Source: Chthonomonadales bacterium (GTDB lineage Bacteria > Armatimonadota > Chthonomonadetes > Chthonomonadales > Chthonomonadaceae). Taken from it: a DNA stretch of 19,889 nucleotides. Of the stretch, positions 1 through 8,657 are shown one piece after another; position 1 is the first letter of the stretch, and each line of letters starts with the position of its first letter. The stretch spans positions 1-19,889 of the forward strand of contig JBBQPO010000092.1 of NCBI GenBank assembly GCA_038217285.1. Direction: 5' to 3'. Under the pieces are notes generated by a model. The model did not search any database and was not told the DNA's origin. It was given only the letters and a program-made list of their open reading frames with translations. A program made the position numbers and the translations under genes.

Positions 1-172
1 CTAACCCCTTGGCTTGCCGAAAGCAGAAAGGCCCTGGTTCTCATATCGCTCCGTCCGAAGGACGATCCGCCGAAGGCGCGTAGCGAGGGGTGCTAACCCC
101 TTGGCTTGCAGGATTTGGGGTGCCCGAAGGGCTTCCTTCTTCGCGCGTAGCGAGGGACAACGTCCCTTGATT
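1..172 (+). repeat. Composite REP/BIME-like palindromic repeat cluster, copy 1 (runs off the left edge)
   Basis: CTAACCCCTTGGCTTGC at 1-17 and 93-109; GCGCGTAGCGAGGG at 76-89 and 143-156; hairpins GTCC-GAA-GGAC (53-63), GCC-GAA-GGC (69-77), GCCC-GAA-GGGC (122-132); the same modules recur inverted at 3141-3250. Confidence 0.8.
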
Positions 173-224
173 CCCGTTACGCCATTGCATTCCGGGTGAC
201 CTCGTTCCCGGCCTCTCGGCTGCC

Positions 225-3101
225 CTACTTGATCGGCTCCAGGCCGATCGCATCGACGCCGATCAGGTAGCCTGTTCCTGCCGGATTCTTCCCGACGGAC
301 CGGAAGGTGATGCGGTGCGGCCCGGCCGTCAGTTCGACCGCACCCAGGGCGGTCCTGCCTTTGGCATGCACACCGTTGCTGTAACAGTCTGTGGGATCGC
401 CCACCGGTTTGTCGTCGATCAGGACCTGGACGATGCCATAGTCCTTGGCCGTCGTGTAGTAGACCACCAGATTGTAGCTGCCAGTGGTCTGCACGGGAAG
501 TTCCAGGCTGGCCTCGGCTCCGACTTTCTTCCCGGTGAACCAGAACTGCGCGTCGCCGCTCCAGTCGTGACTGAACCCGGCCATATCCTGTGTCTGCACG
601 TCGCCATCCTTATGGTCCAGTATCCGCAGCCCCTCGCCTTCGACGCTGTAGGGATAGCGGGTCTTCAGCACACGGATGTAGTCCAGAACAAGTATCGGCG
701 AACGGGAGGCGGGATCGTCGCCTTTGTAGAGGAGCGTCAGCAGATGATTTCCGACCGTGAGGTGCACGTTGTCGCCTAGCCGAACGTTCTTGCGGCCCTC
801 GGTCGCCTTATCGGCGGTCTCGACCGGCATCAGCGGGTCCGCCGTGTCGATCTGCGCGGCGATCCTGGCGCTGCCGGGTCGCCGCCCCACCCCGATCTCA
901 ATCGCGTAGTCGCCATCCTTACCGACGGTAATCGGCAGCTTGAGGTAGGAGGTCGTCGCCTTCGGGCTCCACTGGAGGGCGCTGTAGCCGCTGAAGGCTG
1001 TGTCCGCAGGTGTCTCGCTCAGCGTCTCTTTCCCACCGGTGTCGGCGCTCGTCAGGAGGTTCTCCGCCTCGATGACGCCCTTTTCCTTCTTGCTGGGCTC
1101 CACCTTGACATAGTCCAGATAGAGCGTTTTGCCGGTCGGTACGTCGAGTGTCATGCGGTGCTGGGTATTGATACCCCTGAATTTCACCATTACCGAGGTA
1201 TCACTGCGTCCGTTCTTCGCTGCTTTGAAATCCCCAAACTTACCGCCATCGATCACGCGATTATCCACGGCGATCCTGACTTCGGACGGGCTGTCCGGCA
1301 GAACCAGCGATGAGAGCGTAAGACGGTAGTAATCAGAAGAATCGGCGAAGAAATCGAAATTCGCGCCGACGCCGGGGGGAATCGCCGCCAGTTTGCCGCC
1401 ACTCGCCTCATTCGGCAGCAGGGTATCCTCCATGATCTTCGGCATCGCGCCTGTCCACAAGAGCGATTCGGCTTCCAGAACGCCGCCGACTTTCAGGCTG
1501 GTCGGGGTCAATTGCTTCGGATTGATCGGAGACCAGTCGTGGTCCGCAGAGTCCTGATACCACAACGCAACGCAGGCGTAGTCGGCTCCAGGATAGTCGT
1601 TCGTGCCGCCATGCTCGATGTCCACTTTGAGGCTGCGCTGGAACGGCACACAGTCCTGAATCTGGTAGCGGTACGCCGAGATGCGGGAGAATTCGTCGCT
1701 CTTCACCGTACAGCCGTGATACGCCAGGCTGAACGTTCCCTCGTCGAAGTACCAGCCGCCCGTATAGAAGTCTTCGGTGCCGGTGCCGTGGATTGAGGGG
1801 AACGTGTCGTCGTCCGTGGTGAGTTTTTCGTCGCCTTCCAGAAAGCCAATTCCGTGGTCGCCCTGCATGTCGGTATGCTCCCCGACATAGAGGCCGCGGC
1901 CGGTGGTCTGGAGAATGTGGAAGTGCTCGCCGGTAACGGTGGTCTGGCGGTGCCACTGCGCATGGAAGTAGCCGACATTCGGGAGCGGGGACTTTACTCT
2001 ATTGTAGTCGATGCTCCAGACGATCTGTGAGATCGGCTGTTCGCCCAGGTTCGCCAGTTCGAACCGGGCATGCTTGCCGAACGGCATCGGCCAGTAACAG
2101 ACGTAGCCGGTATCGGTCATGGCGGCGGGCAGCGATTTGTAGCGCTGATCTCCGAAGGCGATGCCGAAGAAATCGCCGACGGGGGCCTCTATTCCAGGCT
2201 TTTTCGCATCGTCCCAGTAGACGCGGAGCACAGTCTGCCGCAGGCTCGACCGCGTTGCAGGCGTCACCTTTATCCGCAGAACGGTGACCTCGCCCGCTCC
2301 CTTGATGTTTGTAAAAGCGCGAACGGCGCCCGGCTTGAGTCCAAATGTACCGTGCAGCTTCGTCACCGTCGGCAGCGTTTCTTTGGGATCGTCGCCCAGA
2401 TGGTTCCACTGCGCGACGATTTTATCAAGGCTCGCCTTATCCTCGGCGGACAGCTCCCGCGTGAAGGTCTTGATCGGAGTTGCGTCCGGGTAGAGCTGGT
2501 ACTGAACATGGTAGTACATGCCGCCGGGATCGGTCACTTCGATGCGGCAGCTCTTCTGGAAGGGCATGGGGAAGAAGGAGAACCAGCCTCCGCTCTAGTG
2601 ACCGACGAGCGGGGCGACGAACGGCGCGACCTTGCCGAGAAAGAGATCCTGCATGGGGCAGTCGATGGTGGGGGTCGTCTCTCCATCAAAGAAAATGCGA
2701 AGCTGACCGGCCGCATTGGCCGACCAGAATCGGTAGATGCAGCCCGGCCCACGAATATCGGAGAGGATCGCTTTATTGCCCTCTTTGCGCAGATAGTGGT
2801 CGGCATCGCCGTTCCCGCCACTGTGGTCGTAGCTGGAGTCCATGACGCACTTCGTGTCGCGCAGGGTCGGCAGCAGATCGAAGCGCGCCATCAGCGCCAG
2901 CCCGTACGGCAGCGGCGGAGAGTTCGGGACTCCGGATCGCGGCGCCTGCGAGTAGGTTGATCCCGGCCCATCGATGGGCAACGGTTTGACAGGCGTTTGC
3001 GCCGAGACAGTGGCTGGAGCGAGGACGTAGACGCCGAAAGCGATAACAGCTCTCGCGACAGTATGCAAACGACACCATAAAGGTGAGATCACCCTGCTCA
3101 T
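225..3101 (-). pseudogene. Secreted DUF2961 / GH172-like glycoside hydrolase with three C-terminal CBM-like beta-sandwich domains, interrupted by one in-frame TAG at 2595-2597 (pseudogene, sequence error or read-through)
   Basis: ORFs 2595..3101 and 225..2567 share a frame and join as APLVGH*SGGWFSFFPMPFQK. N-terminal signal peptide; DUF2961 motifs GPGCIYRFW, LRVYWDD..P.IEAPVGDFFG, YWPMPF, FHAQW, FLEGDE, GTGTEDF, IEHG; domains starting VLEAES, VIEAEN, SVEGEG resemble CBM6/35 'xEAE' starts. RBS-like AAGGGA before ATG 3101. Confidence 0.85.
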
Positions 3102-3140
3102 AATTGAAATCCCTTTGGGTTTGACAGGCTTGGGGCGGTG

Positions 3141-3250
3141 AAATCAAGGGGTTATCACCCCTCGCTACGCGCCTCCGGCGGAAAAAGGAAGCCCTTCGGG
3201 CATCCCAAATCCTTGGCTTCCGCGCCAAGGATTTCCTTCGGACGAAGCGA
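3141..3250 (-). repeat. Composite REP/BIME-like palindromic repeat cluster, copy 2
   Basis: Reverse complement reads TCGCTTCGTCCGAAGGA...AGGATTTGGGATGCCCGAAGGGCTTCCTTTTTCCGCCGGAGGCGCGTAGCGAGGGGTGATAACCCCTTGATT, matching modules in 46-172; includes a perfect 11-bp stem AAATCCTTGGC-ttccgc-GCCAAGGATTT (3207-3234). Confidence 0.8.
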
Positions 3251-3291
3251 CATCGAACAGCGACATAGAACAGTGTTACGGTCGGAAATTC

Positions 3292-4281
3292 CTAGAGCGG
3301 GGTTCCGCCCTTATCGACGCTCTCTTTCGTGAACCGCTTTGTGCCAAGAACGATGTTTTTTTCGAACTTCTCGCCCTTTAGAATTTTGAGAGCGTTATCG
3401 ATGGCCTCGGCTCCTCCCGTGGGATACTGGAATGTGGCGGTCAGAATGCCGTCCTTGACGTAGCGCACACCTTCGGTCGGCAGAGAGTCGATGCCGATAA
3501 ATTTGATCTGCTTTTCACGGCCTTTGCCCTCCTGCTCCGCCGCTTTATAAGCGCCGTGCGCCGAGGGATCGTTATGGCCGTAGACGGCATCGATCTTCGG
3601 GAATCGGCTCAAGGCAGAGGTCATTTCGCGCTGGGCGTTCGGCTCCAGCCACTGGCAGTCTACCGAGACGAGAATTTTGATGTTCGAGCCCTGTATCCCC
3701 TCCATGAAGCCGTCGTGCCTCTCTTTGGCGGGCGTGGAGGTTTCCAGTCCCTTTAGCTCCACGATGTCGCCCTTGCCGCCGAGCAGTTGCACCATATACT
3801 TCCCGGCTTCCCGCCCGATCTTGACGTTGTCGCCGCCGATGAAGCAGGTGTATTTGTCGCCCTGGATCTTACGATCCAACACGATCACGGGAATCTTCGC
3901 GTCCATCGCCTCTTCAACGGGCCGCGTGAGAGGCCGCGCCTCCTTCGGACTGAGGAGGATCAGGTCCACCTTCTGCTGTACGAATTCGCGCATCTGACTC
4001 TGCTGCGTCTCACTGCGATTCTGCGCGTCTCGAAAGATCACTTTGATCTCGGGATGTTTGGCGGCGGCCTCCGCGATGTCTGCATTCATCTGCACACGCC
4101 AGGGTTCACCCAGATTGCATTGCGACATCCCGATGGTAAAGGTCTTCTGCGCCCCTCCGGTGGAGGGAGGCGTTGCGGGGTTGCCGGTCGAGTCCGGGCC
4201 GTTGGGACCCTTATTGTCGTTGCATCCGCAGAGGACGAGGCAGGCAAGCGCACCCACGAATGCAAACTTCATCGTTTTCAT
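3292..4281 (-). CDS. Monosaccharide ABC transporter substrate-binding lipoprotein (RbsB/Peripla_BP_4 family)
   Basis: Lipobox LVLCG|C; motifs IGMSQCNLGEPWRVQMN, IPVIVLDR, FIGGDNVKIG, AKERHDGF, VYGHND, FIGID; RBS AAGGAG 7 nt before ATG. Confidence 0.93.
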   Translation of the reverse strand: MKTMKFAFVGALACLVLCGCNDNKGPNGPDSTGNPATPPSTGGAQKTFTIGMSQCNLGEPWRVQMNADIAEAAAKHPEIKVIFRDAQNRSETQQSQMREFVQQKVDLILLSPKEARPLTRPVEEAMDAKIPVIVLDRKIQGDKYTCFIGGDNVKIGREAGKYMVQLLGGKGDIVELKGLETSTPAKERHDGFMEGIQGSNIKILVSVDCQWLEPNAQREMTSALSRFPKIDAVYGHNDPSAHGAYKAAEQEGKGREKQIKFIGIDSLPTEGVRYVKDGILTATFQYPTGGAEAIDNALKILKGEKFEKNIVLGTKRFTKESVDKGGTPL

Positions 4282-4284
4282 AGA

Positions 4285-5304
4285 CTAACTCCTTTTTTGT
4301 CGTTGAATGAGAACTGCCACCAGAATGATGCCCGCCTGCACGATCATACGCGGCGCGATGGCGACGGCGTTCAAACTGAGAATCTTATTGATGTAGGCGA
4401 TGATCAGGACGCCTATGAGCGTGAACAGCATGCCGCCGCGTCCACCCGCAAGGCTGGTTCCCCCGATGACGACCGCCGCGATGGCGTCCAGTTCGAAGGA
4501 GAAGCCCGCTTCCGGATCACCGATATCCTGCCGACAGGCGTTGATGATCCCCGCGAGCGCCGCGAAACCGGCGCAGAGAGCGTACGCGAGGATTTTGACG
4601 CGTCCGACCGCGATTCCGCTCAGAAGCGCCGCCTCCTCGTTTCCGCCGATAGCGTAGAGTTTCCGGCCGTAGGCAGAGCGGCCGACCAAAGCCGCCATGA
4701 GGAGAATGCAAATGAGAAACAGCAGGGCGGCGGGTTTGATTCCGAGGCCGGGCAGGGACTGGCTTATCCAGCGGAAGAAGGGCGGCGTGTCGGACTGAAG
4801 CTTGTACCAGGGCAGAGCGGCGGGCTGCACTTTGATGCCGCCGGAGATAAGTTTGGCGAGGCCGCGTGCCGCCGTCATCATGGCGAGCGTCGCCACGAAC
4901 GGCTGAATCCGGAACCGTGCGATCAACAGTCCGTTCAGCGCGCCCGCAACCAGTCCAAACAGAACGACCGCAGTGATCGCTGCGCCGATATTCCAGCCGT
5001 AGCCAATGGTCAGCAGAGCGAACAGCGTCGCGGAGCAGCCCAGCACGGAGCCGACCGAGAGATCGATCCCGGCGGTCAGAATGACAAGCGTCATGCCCGT
5101 CGCGAGGAGGCCGTATTCGCAGTACTCGTAGAGGATATCGAGCTGGGTGCGCCAGGAGAGAAAGATAGGAAGGCCCGTGTCGGCGGCATGCGGGGTGTAG
5201 AGGCAGCCCAGCACAAAGACGCAGGCGAAGGCGAGCAAGCCGCGATACGGACTGAATCGCTCCCATAGACTCTGTTTCGGGTTCTCTGTCACTTCCCCAG
5301 CCAA
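4285..5304 (-). CDS. Monosaccharide ABC transporter permease (RbsC/BPD_transp_2 family)
   Basis: GMTLVILTAGIDLSVGS, IQPFVATLAMM..ARG, GRKLYAIGGNEEAALLSGI, FELDAIAAVVIGGTSLAGGRG; multiple hydrophobic segments; RBS GGAGGAG before the TTG start. Confidence 0.95.
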   Translation of the reverse strand: MAGEVTENPKQSLWERFSPYRGLLAFACVFVLGCLYTPHAADTGLPIFLSWRTQLDILYEYCEYGLLATGMTLVILTAGIDLSVGSVLGCSATLFALLTIGYGWNIGAAITAVVLFGLVAGALNGLLIARFRIQPFVATLAMMTAARGLAKLISGGIKVQPAALPWYKLQSDTPPFFRWISQSLPGLGIKPAALLFLICILLMAALVGRSAYGRKLYAIGGNEEAALLSGIAVGRVKILAYALCAGFAALAGIINACRQDIGDPEAGFSFELDAIAAVVIGGTSLAGGRGGMLFTLIGVLIIAYINKILSLNAVAIAPRMIVQAGIILVAVLIQRQKRS

Positions 5305-5576
5305 AGGATCTCCTCCACGTTGAGATTCGCGCCGGGTGTCAGCAGCAGGCGAACCCTACAGGACAGACTGGCTTCAAAGCGTTCACCGGTAATGCGCCGA
5401 TTTCCTGCATCCGAACTGCAACTGCGGGAGCAATAGCAGGCAAGCGATAGAATGAATTCCGTTCGTGTGCGTTGGCAAAAAAGGCGAAGGAAAGATAGCA
5501 AGTCCGGTCGAACCATAGCAGCAGACACGTTTCTTGACATTCCTACCTTCCGAACCCCCGACAGAGGAGATACGTC

Positions 5577-6512
5577 GTGAGCAGCAACAGGCCCCGGTAC
5601 CGGTCCTTCGTATTCGATAGCGCGCGCTGGGACGGCTTTCAGTTCCGACCGGGCGACATTGTGATCAGCACCCCGCCAAAATGCGGAACCACCTGGACGC
5701 AGATGATCTGCGCCTTGCTGATCTTTCAACGTCCGGACCTGGACCGACCTCTCACGGACCTTTCGCCCTGGCTCGATATGCTGACACTGAGCAAAGCAGA
5801 GGTCTTTACCCAGCTTGGCGCGCAGGGACACCGCCGCTTCATCAAGACGCACACACCGCTCGATGGGCTCCCTATGGACGATCAGGTGACGTATATCTGC
5901 GTCGGTCGCGATCCACGCGACACGGCGGTTTCGATGTTCAACCATATGAGAAACCTCGACATCCCGGCATTCCTGGAGCTCAAGCAAAAAGTGGTTGTGG
6001 CGGATGGGCTCGATCACCCCAATTTATCCGGTGGCCCGCTTCCGTCAACGACCGAGGACTACTTCTGGCACTGGGTCGGCGATCCGACTCCGGTGACGGA
6101 GACCGGTTCGTCCCTTCTTTCGGATCTACACCACTACAATGTCGCCTTGCGCGCACATGAAATGCCGAACGTCGTGGTGCTGCACTATCGTGACCTCAAG
6201 GCCGACTGCGGAGCAGAGATGCGTCGCCTGGCGACGAGGCTCGGCATCGAGGTACCGGAAGAGAAGTGGCCCGCGCTGGTGGAGGCGGCCTCGTTCGAAA
6301 GTATGAAGGGGCGTGCCCTCGAGCTCGCGCCGAACTCTACGCAGAATCTCTGGAAAGAGACCCGGCAGTTTTTCCACAGCGGAACGGGCGGCCACTGGCG
6401 CGAATTCTTCGACGACGCGGCACAACAGCGCTACGAAGCACGTGTCGCGGCGCTGGCCTCGCCGGAAGTTGGAGCCTGGGCGCACAACGGTTGGCGCGGC
6501 GCCACGCCGTAA
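5577..6512 (+). CDS. PAPS-dependent sulfotransferase (Sulfotransfer_1 family)
   Basis: 5'-PSB loop STPPKCGTTW, RFIKTH, 3'-PB YICVGRDPRDTAVS, LHYRDLK, C-terminal FFHSGTGGHW; RBS AGAGGAG before GTG. Confidence 0.93.
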   Translation: MSSNRPRYRSFVFDSARWDGFQFRPGDIVISTPPKCGTTWTQMICALLIFQRPDLDRPLTDLSPWLDMLTLSKAEVFTQLGAQGHRRFIKTHTPLDGLPMDDQVTYICVGRDPRDTAVSMFNHMRNLDIPAFLELKQKVVVADGLDHPNLSGGPLPSTTEDYFWHWVGDPTPVTETGSSLLSDLHHYNVALRAHEMPNVVVLHYRDLKADCGAEMRRLATRLGIEVPEEKWPALVEAASFESMKGRALELAPNSTQNLWKETRQFFHSGTGGHWREFFDDAAQQRYEARVAALASPEVGAWAHNGWRGATP

Positions 6513-6663
6513 ACGAATGGCGAACCTCTCCTCTTCTGCGAAGTTCTGGTAGCGGGCTCCTTTCAACCCAACGTATCGCCGATATACTGCATGAGTTGTG
6601 AGGGGATGGCAGCAAGAGGCCGATCATTATATTCGACCATTCCATGCAAGAGGAGTGATTTTC

Positions 6664-7290
6664 ATGGAACACTCGAAGCCTAGTGAAGAGAAGCTCTCAT
6701 CGCGGGAGAAGGCTGCGAATGAGCAGAACCGTCAGGATAATATCAAGGCGGACAACCTGTTGCCCTCTTTTGCCCGGAGGGACGGCGTTCTCTTTGAAAC
6801 GACACGCCTGGTCGGGCGGCGCCTCTCTATGGACGATGTAGACGCCCTGTACGCTGTTTATGGGGACGCAGAGGCTATGCGCTGGGTCGGAGACGCTCAG
6901 CCCCTGACGCGGGCGCAATGGGTTGAGGTTACCTACAACAACTATACTTCCCGCGGTTACGGTATGACCGCCCTCGTGGAGCGTCAGACGGGCGCGGTCG
7001 TCGGTTTCTGCGGCCTTGTGCATCCGGGCGGCCAGGAGGATGCCGAGTTGAAATATGCGCTCCGACGTGAATATTGGGGAAAGGGCTTGGCCACGGAAGC
7101 GGCGAGTGCAATGCTGGATTATGGCGTTCGGACTGTCGGATCAACCCGCATTATTGCAACGGTCGCCCCCGAGCATGCCAGGTCGCAACGGGTGTTGCTC
7201 AAGGCAGGCATGACGCAGCTTGCAACGCGACAAAATGACGATGGGACGTTCACAGAGATTTTCGCCTTGAGTATTGGCCCACCCTTATAG
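6664..7290 (+). CDS. GNAT family N-acetyltransferase (RimJ/RimL-like)
   Basis: ETTRLVGRRL, VVGFCGL, ELKYALRREYWGKGLATEAA, RSQRVLLKAGM. Start placed at ATG 6664 (AGGAG at 6651-6655) instead of the track start 6598. Confidence 0.88.
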   Translation: MEHSKPSEEKLSSREKAANEQNRQDNIKADNLLPSFARRDGVLFETTRLVGRRLSMDDVDALYAVYGDAEAMRWVGDAQPLTRAQWVEVTYNNYTSRGYGMTALVERQTGAVVGFCGLVHPGGQEDAELKYALRREYWGKGLATEAASAMLDYGVRTVGSTRIIATVAPEHARSQRVLLKAGMTQLATRQNDDGTFTEIFALSIGPPL

Positions 7291-7423
7291 TGGCCTGTAG
7301 GGCGAAGTCGCAGCCGCGTGCGCAGCTAATCCGCGATGCAGCGGGAGGCAGCCGAGGCGCGGGCATCCCTGCTGTTCGTGGTACGATGAGAACATACTAT
7401 TTCATGGCCGGAGAAGGCAGGTG

Positions 7424-8638
7424 GGTAGAACCGCATTATACGGTGAAAATGTGAAAAGTGGGGCATGTCCTTCGTAAGTTTGATTACCACATCGAACTTG
7501 GGAGGTTGCCATGCACCCACAACCTACATTTTGCCCTAATCTCGACTGTCCGTCAAGAGGCCAGAAAAACCAGAACAATCTCCATGTTCACGATAGCCTC
7601 AAAAACCGATGGCGATGCGACGTCTGCGAGACGACTTTCTCCGGCTAGAAAGGAACGCCTTTCTATCGCCTCAAGACCGATCCCCAGATCCTCACCTGGG
7701 TGATCACTTTGCTCTCCTATGGCTGTCCGCTCCAGGCCATCGTCGCGGCCTTCGGCCTCGATGAACGCACCGTCGCTTCCTGGCAGAAGCGAGCCAGCGA
7801 GCACTGTGAGGGCGTGCATAATGCCTTGGTGCAGGTGCCCCAGGAGCTGCCATGTGTGCAGGCCGACGAGATCCGTGTGCGTGCCAAGAAACGTCAGGTC
7901 TTCTGGATGGCGATGGCCCTGTGTGTCCGCAGTCGCCTCTGGCTGGGAGGAGTGGTCTCGGCGCGTCGAGACAAATCCCTGGCGCGAAAGATCGCCCAGA
8001 AAGTACGCGCCTGTTCGCGGGTGGGAGCCCTTCTGGTTCTCACCGATGGCTGGCCCGCCTACAAAGAGGCCTTCGTGCGCTCTTTTCGCAGCCCGGTCTA
8101 CACGGGCAAGCGGGGACATCCGCGTCAATTACCCTGGCCGGATTTTGTTTTGGCGCAGACAGTCAAATGGCAGGAGGCAGGTCGTGTAATCGATATCCGG
8201 GTCTGTCACCTCTTCGGGAATGTGGGGCAGATTGTGCGTTTGCTACCCAACCAGCAAGTTCTGAACACGGCTTACATCGAGCGTTTGAACGCCACGTTTC
8301 GTCAGCGTCTTTGTGGTTTGTGTCGTCGCACCCGCTGTCTTGTGGTCTCGGAGGCGAACCTGACGCGCTCGATGTATCTGGTGGGAACGATTTATAACTT
8401 CTGCACTCCCCACCAGAGTTTAGGGGAGATCCGTTTTGGAAAGACACGCTGGCCGACGACACCTGCGATGGCGGCGGGTTTGACGGCAGAGGTCTGGAGC
8501 GTGGGAGATTTGCTGTGCTATCAGGTCGCTCCTGCGCCGTTAGTTCCTCCGAAACGAAGAGGGCGTCCGCCTGGAAAAACGAGGGCCAGAGAATCAAAAG
8601 GAGGTCACCACGTTGTCACCGTTTAATGCGGTTCTACT
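7424..8638 (+). mobile_element. IS1-family insertion sequence, 1215 bp
   Basis: IRL GGTAGAACCGCATTATACGGTGAAAATGTG from 7424; IRR (reverse complement from 8638) AGTAGAACCGCATTAAACGGTGACAACGTG; exact 8-bp target duplication GGCAGGTG at 7416-7423 and 8639-8646. Confidence 0.93.
7511..8626 (+). pseudogene. IS1-family DDE transposase (Zn ribbon - HTH - DDE) with an in-frame TAG at 7646-7648
   Basis: RBS GGAGG then ATG 7511: MHPQPTFCPNLDC...RWRCDVCETTFSG*KGTPFYRLKTDPQILTWVITLLSYGCP, continuous in frame with ORF 7700..8626; QADE, TDGWPAY, NTAYIERLNATFR, YNFCTPH, TPAMAAGL motifs. Confidence 0.88.
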
Positions 8639-8657
8639 GGCAGGTGAATTCAGAGCA

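Noticed and set aside
1-172. CRISPR array
   Set aside because: Repeat modules are irregularly spaced, the intervening sequences are themselves repeated elsewhere, and no cas genes are present.
14-199. Similar Arg-rich peptides from ORFs 14..199 and 2773..3228 (RIW.ARRASFF, RRRVARG.NPL)
   Set aside because: These are translations of the palindromic repeats, not evidence of a protein family.
4279-4295. Permease TAG-TCT-ATG is in frame with the SBP, suggesting a read-through fusion
   Set aside because: The SBP has its own AAGGAG RBS and lipoprotein signal, and an in-frame arrangement has a 1-in-3 chance. Relevant only if amber suppression is shown.
3787-5268. Long antisense/alternative-frame ORFs (e.g. 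3787..5268 +, 11318..12523 -, 12547..14421 -, 17657..18781 +, 18516..19526 +)
   Set aside because: Shadow ORFs of well-supported genes in GC-rich DNA, with no recognisable motifs.
5374-5394. LacI-type operator upstream of the permease (TCAAAGCGTTCACCGGTAA)
   Set aside because: Symmetry is weak and no regulator is present in the window.
5534-5565. Sigma70 promoter from TTGACA at 5534-5539
   Set aside because: No credible -10 element at 16-18 bp spacing.
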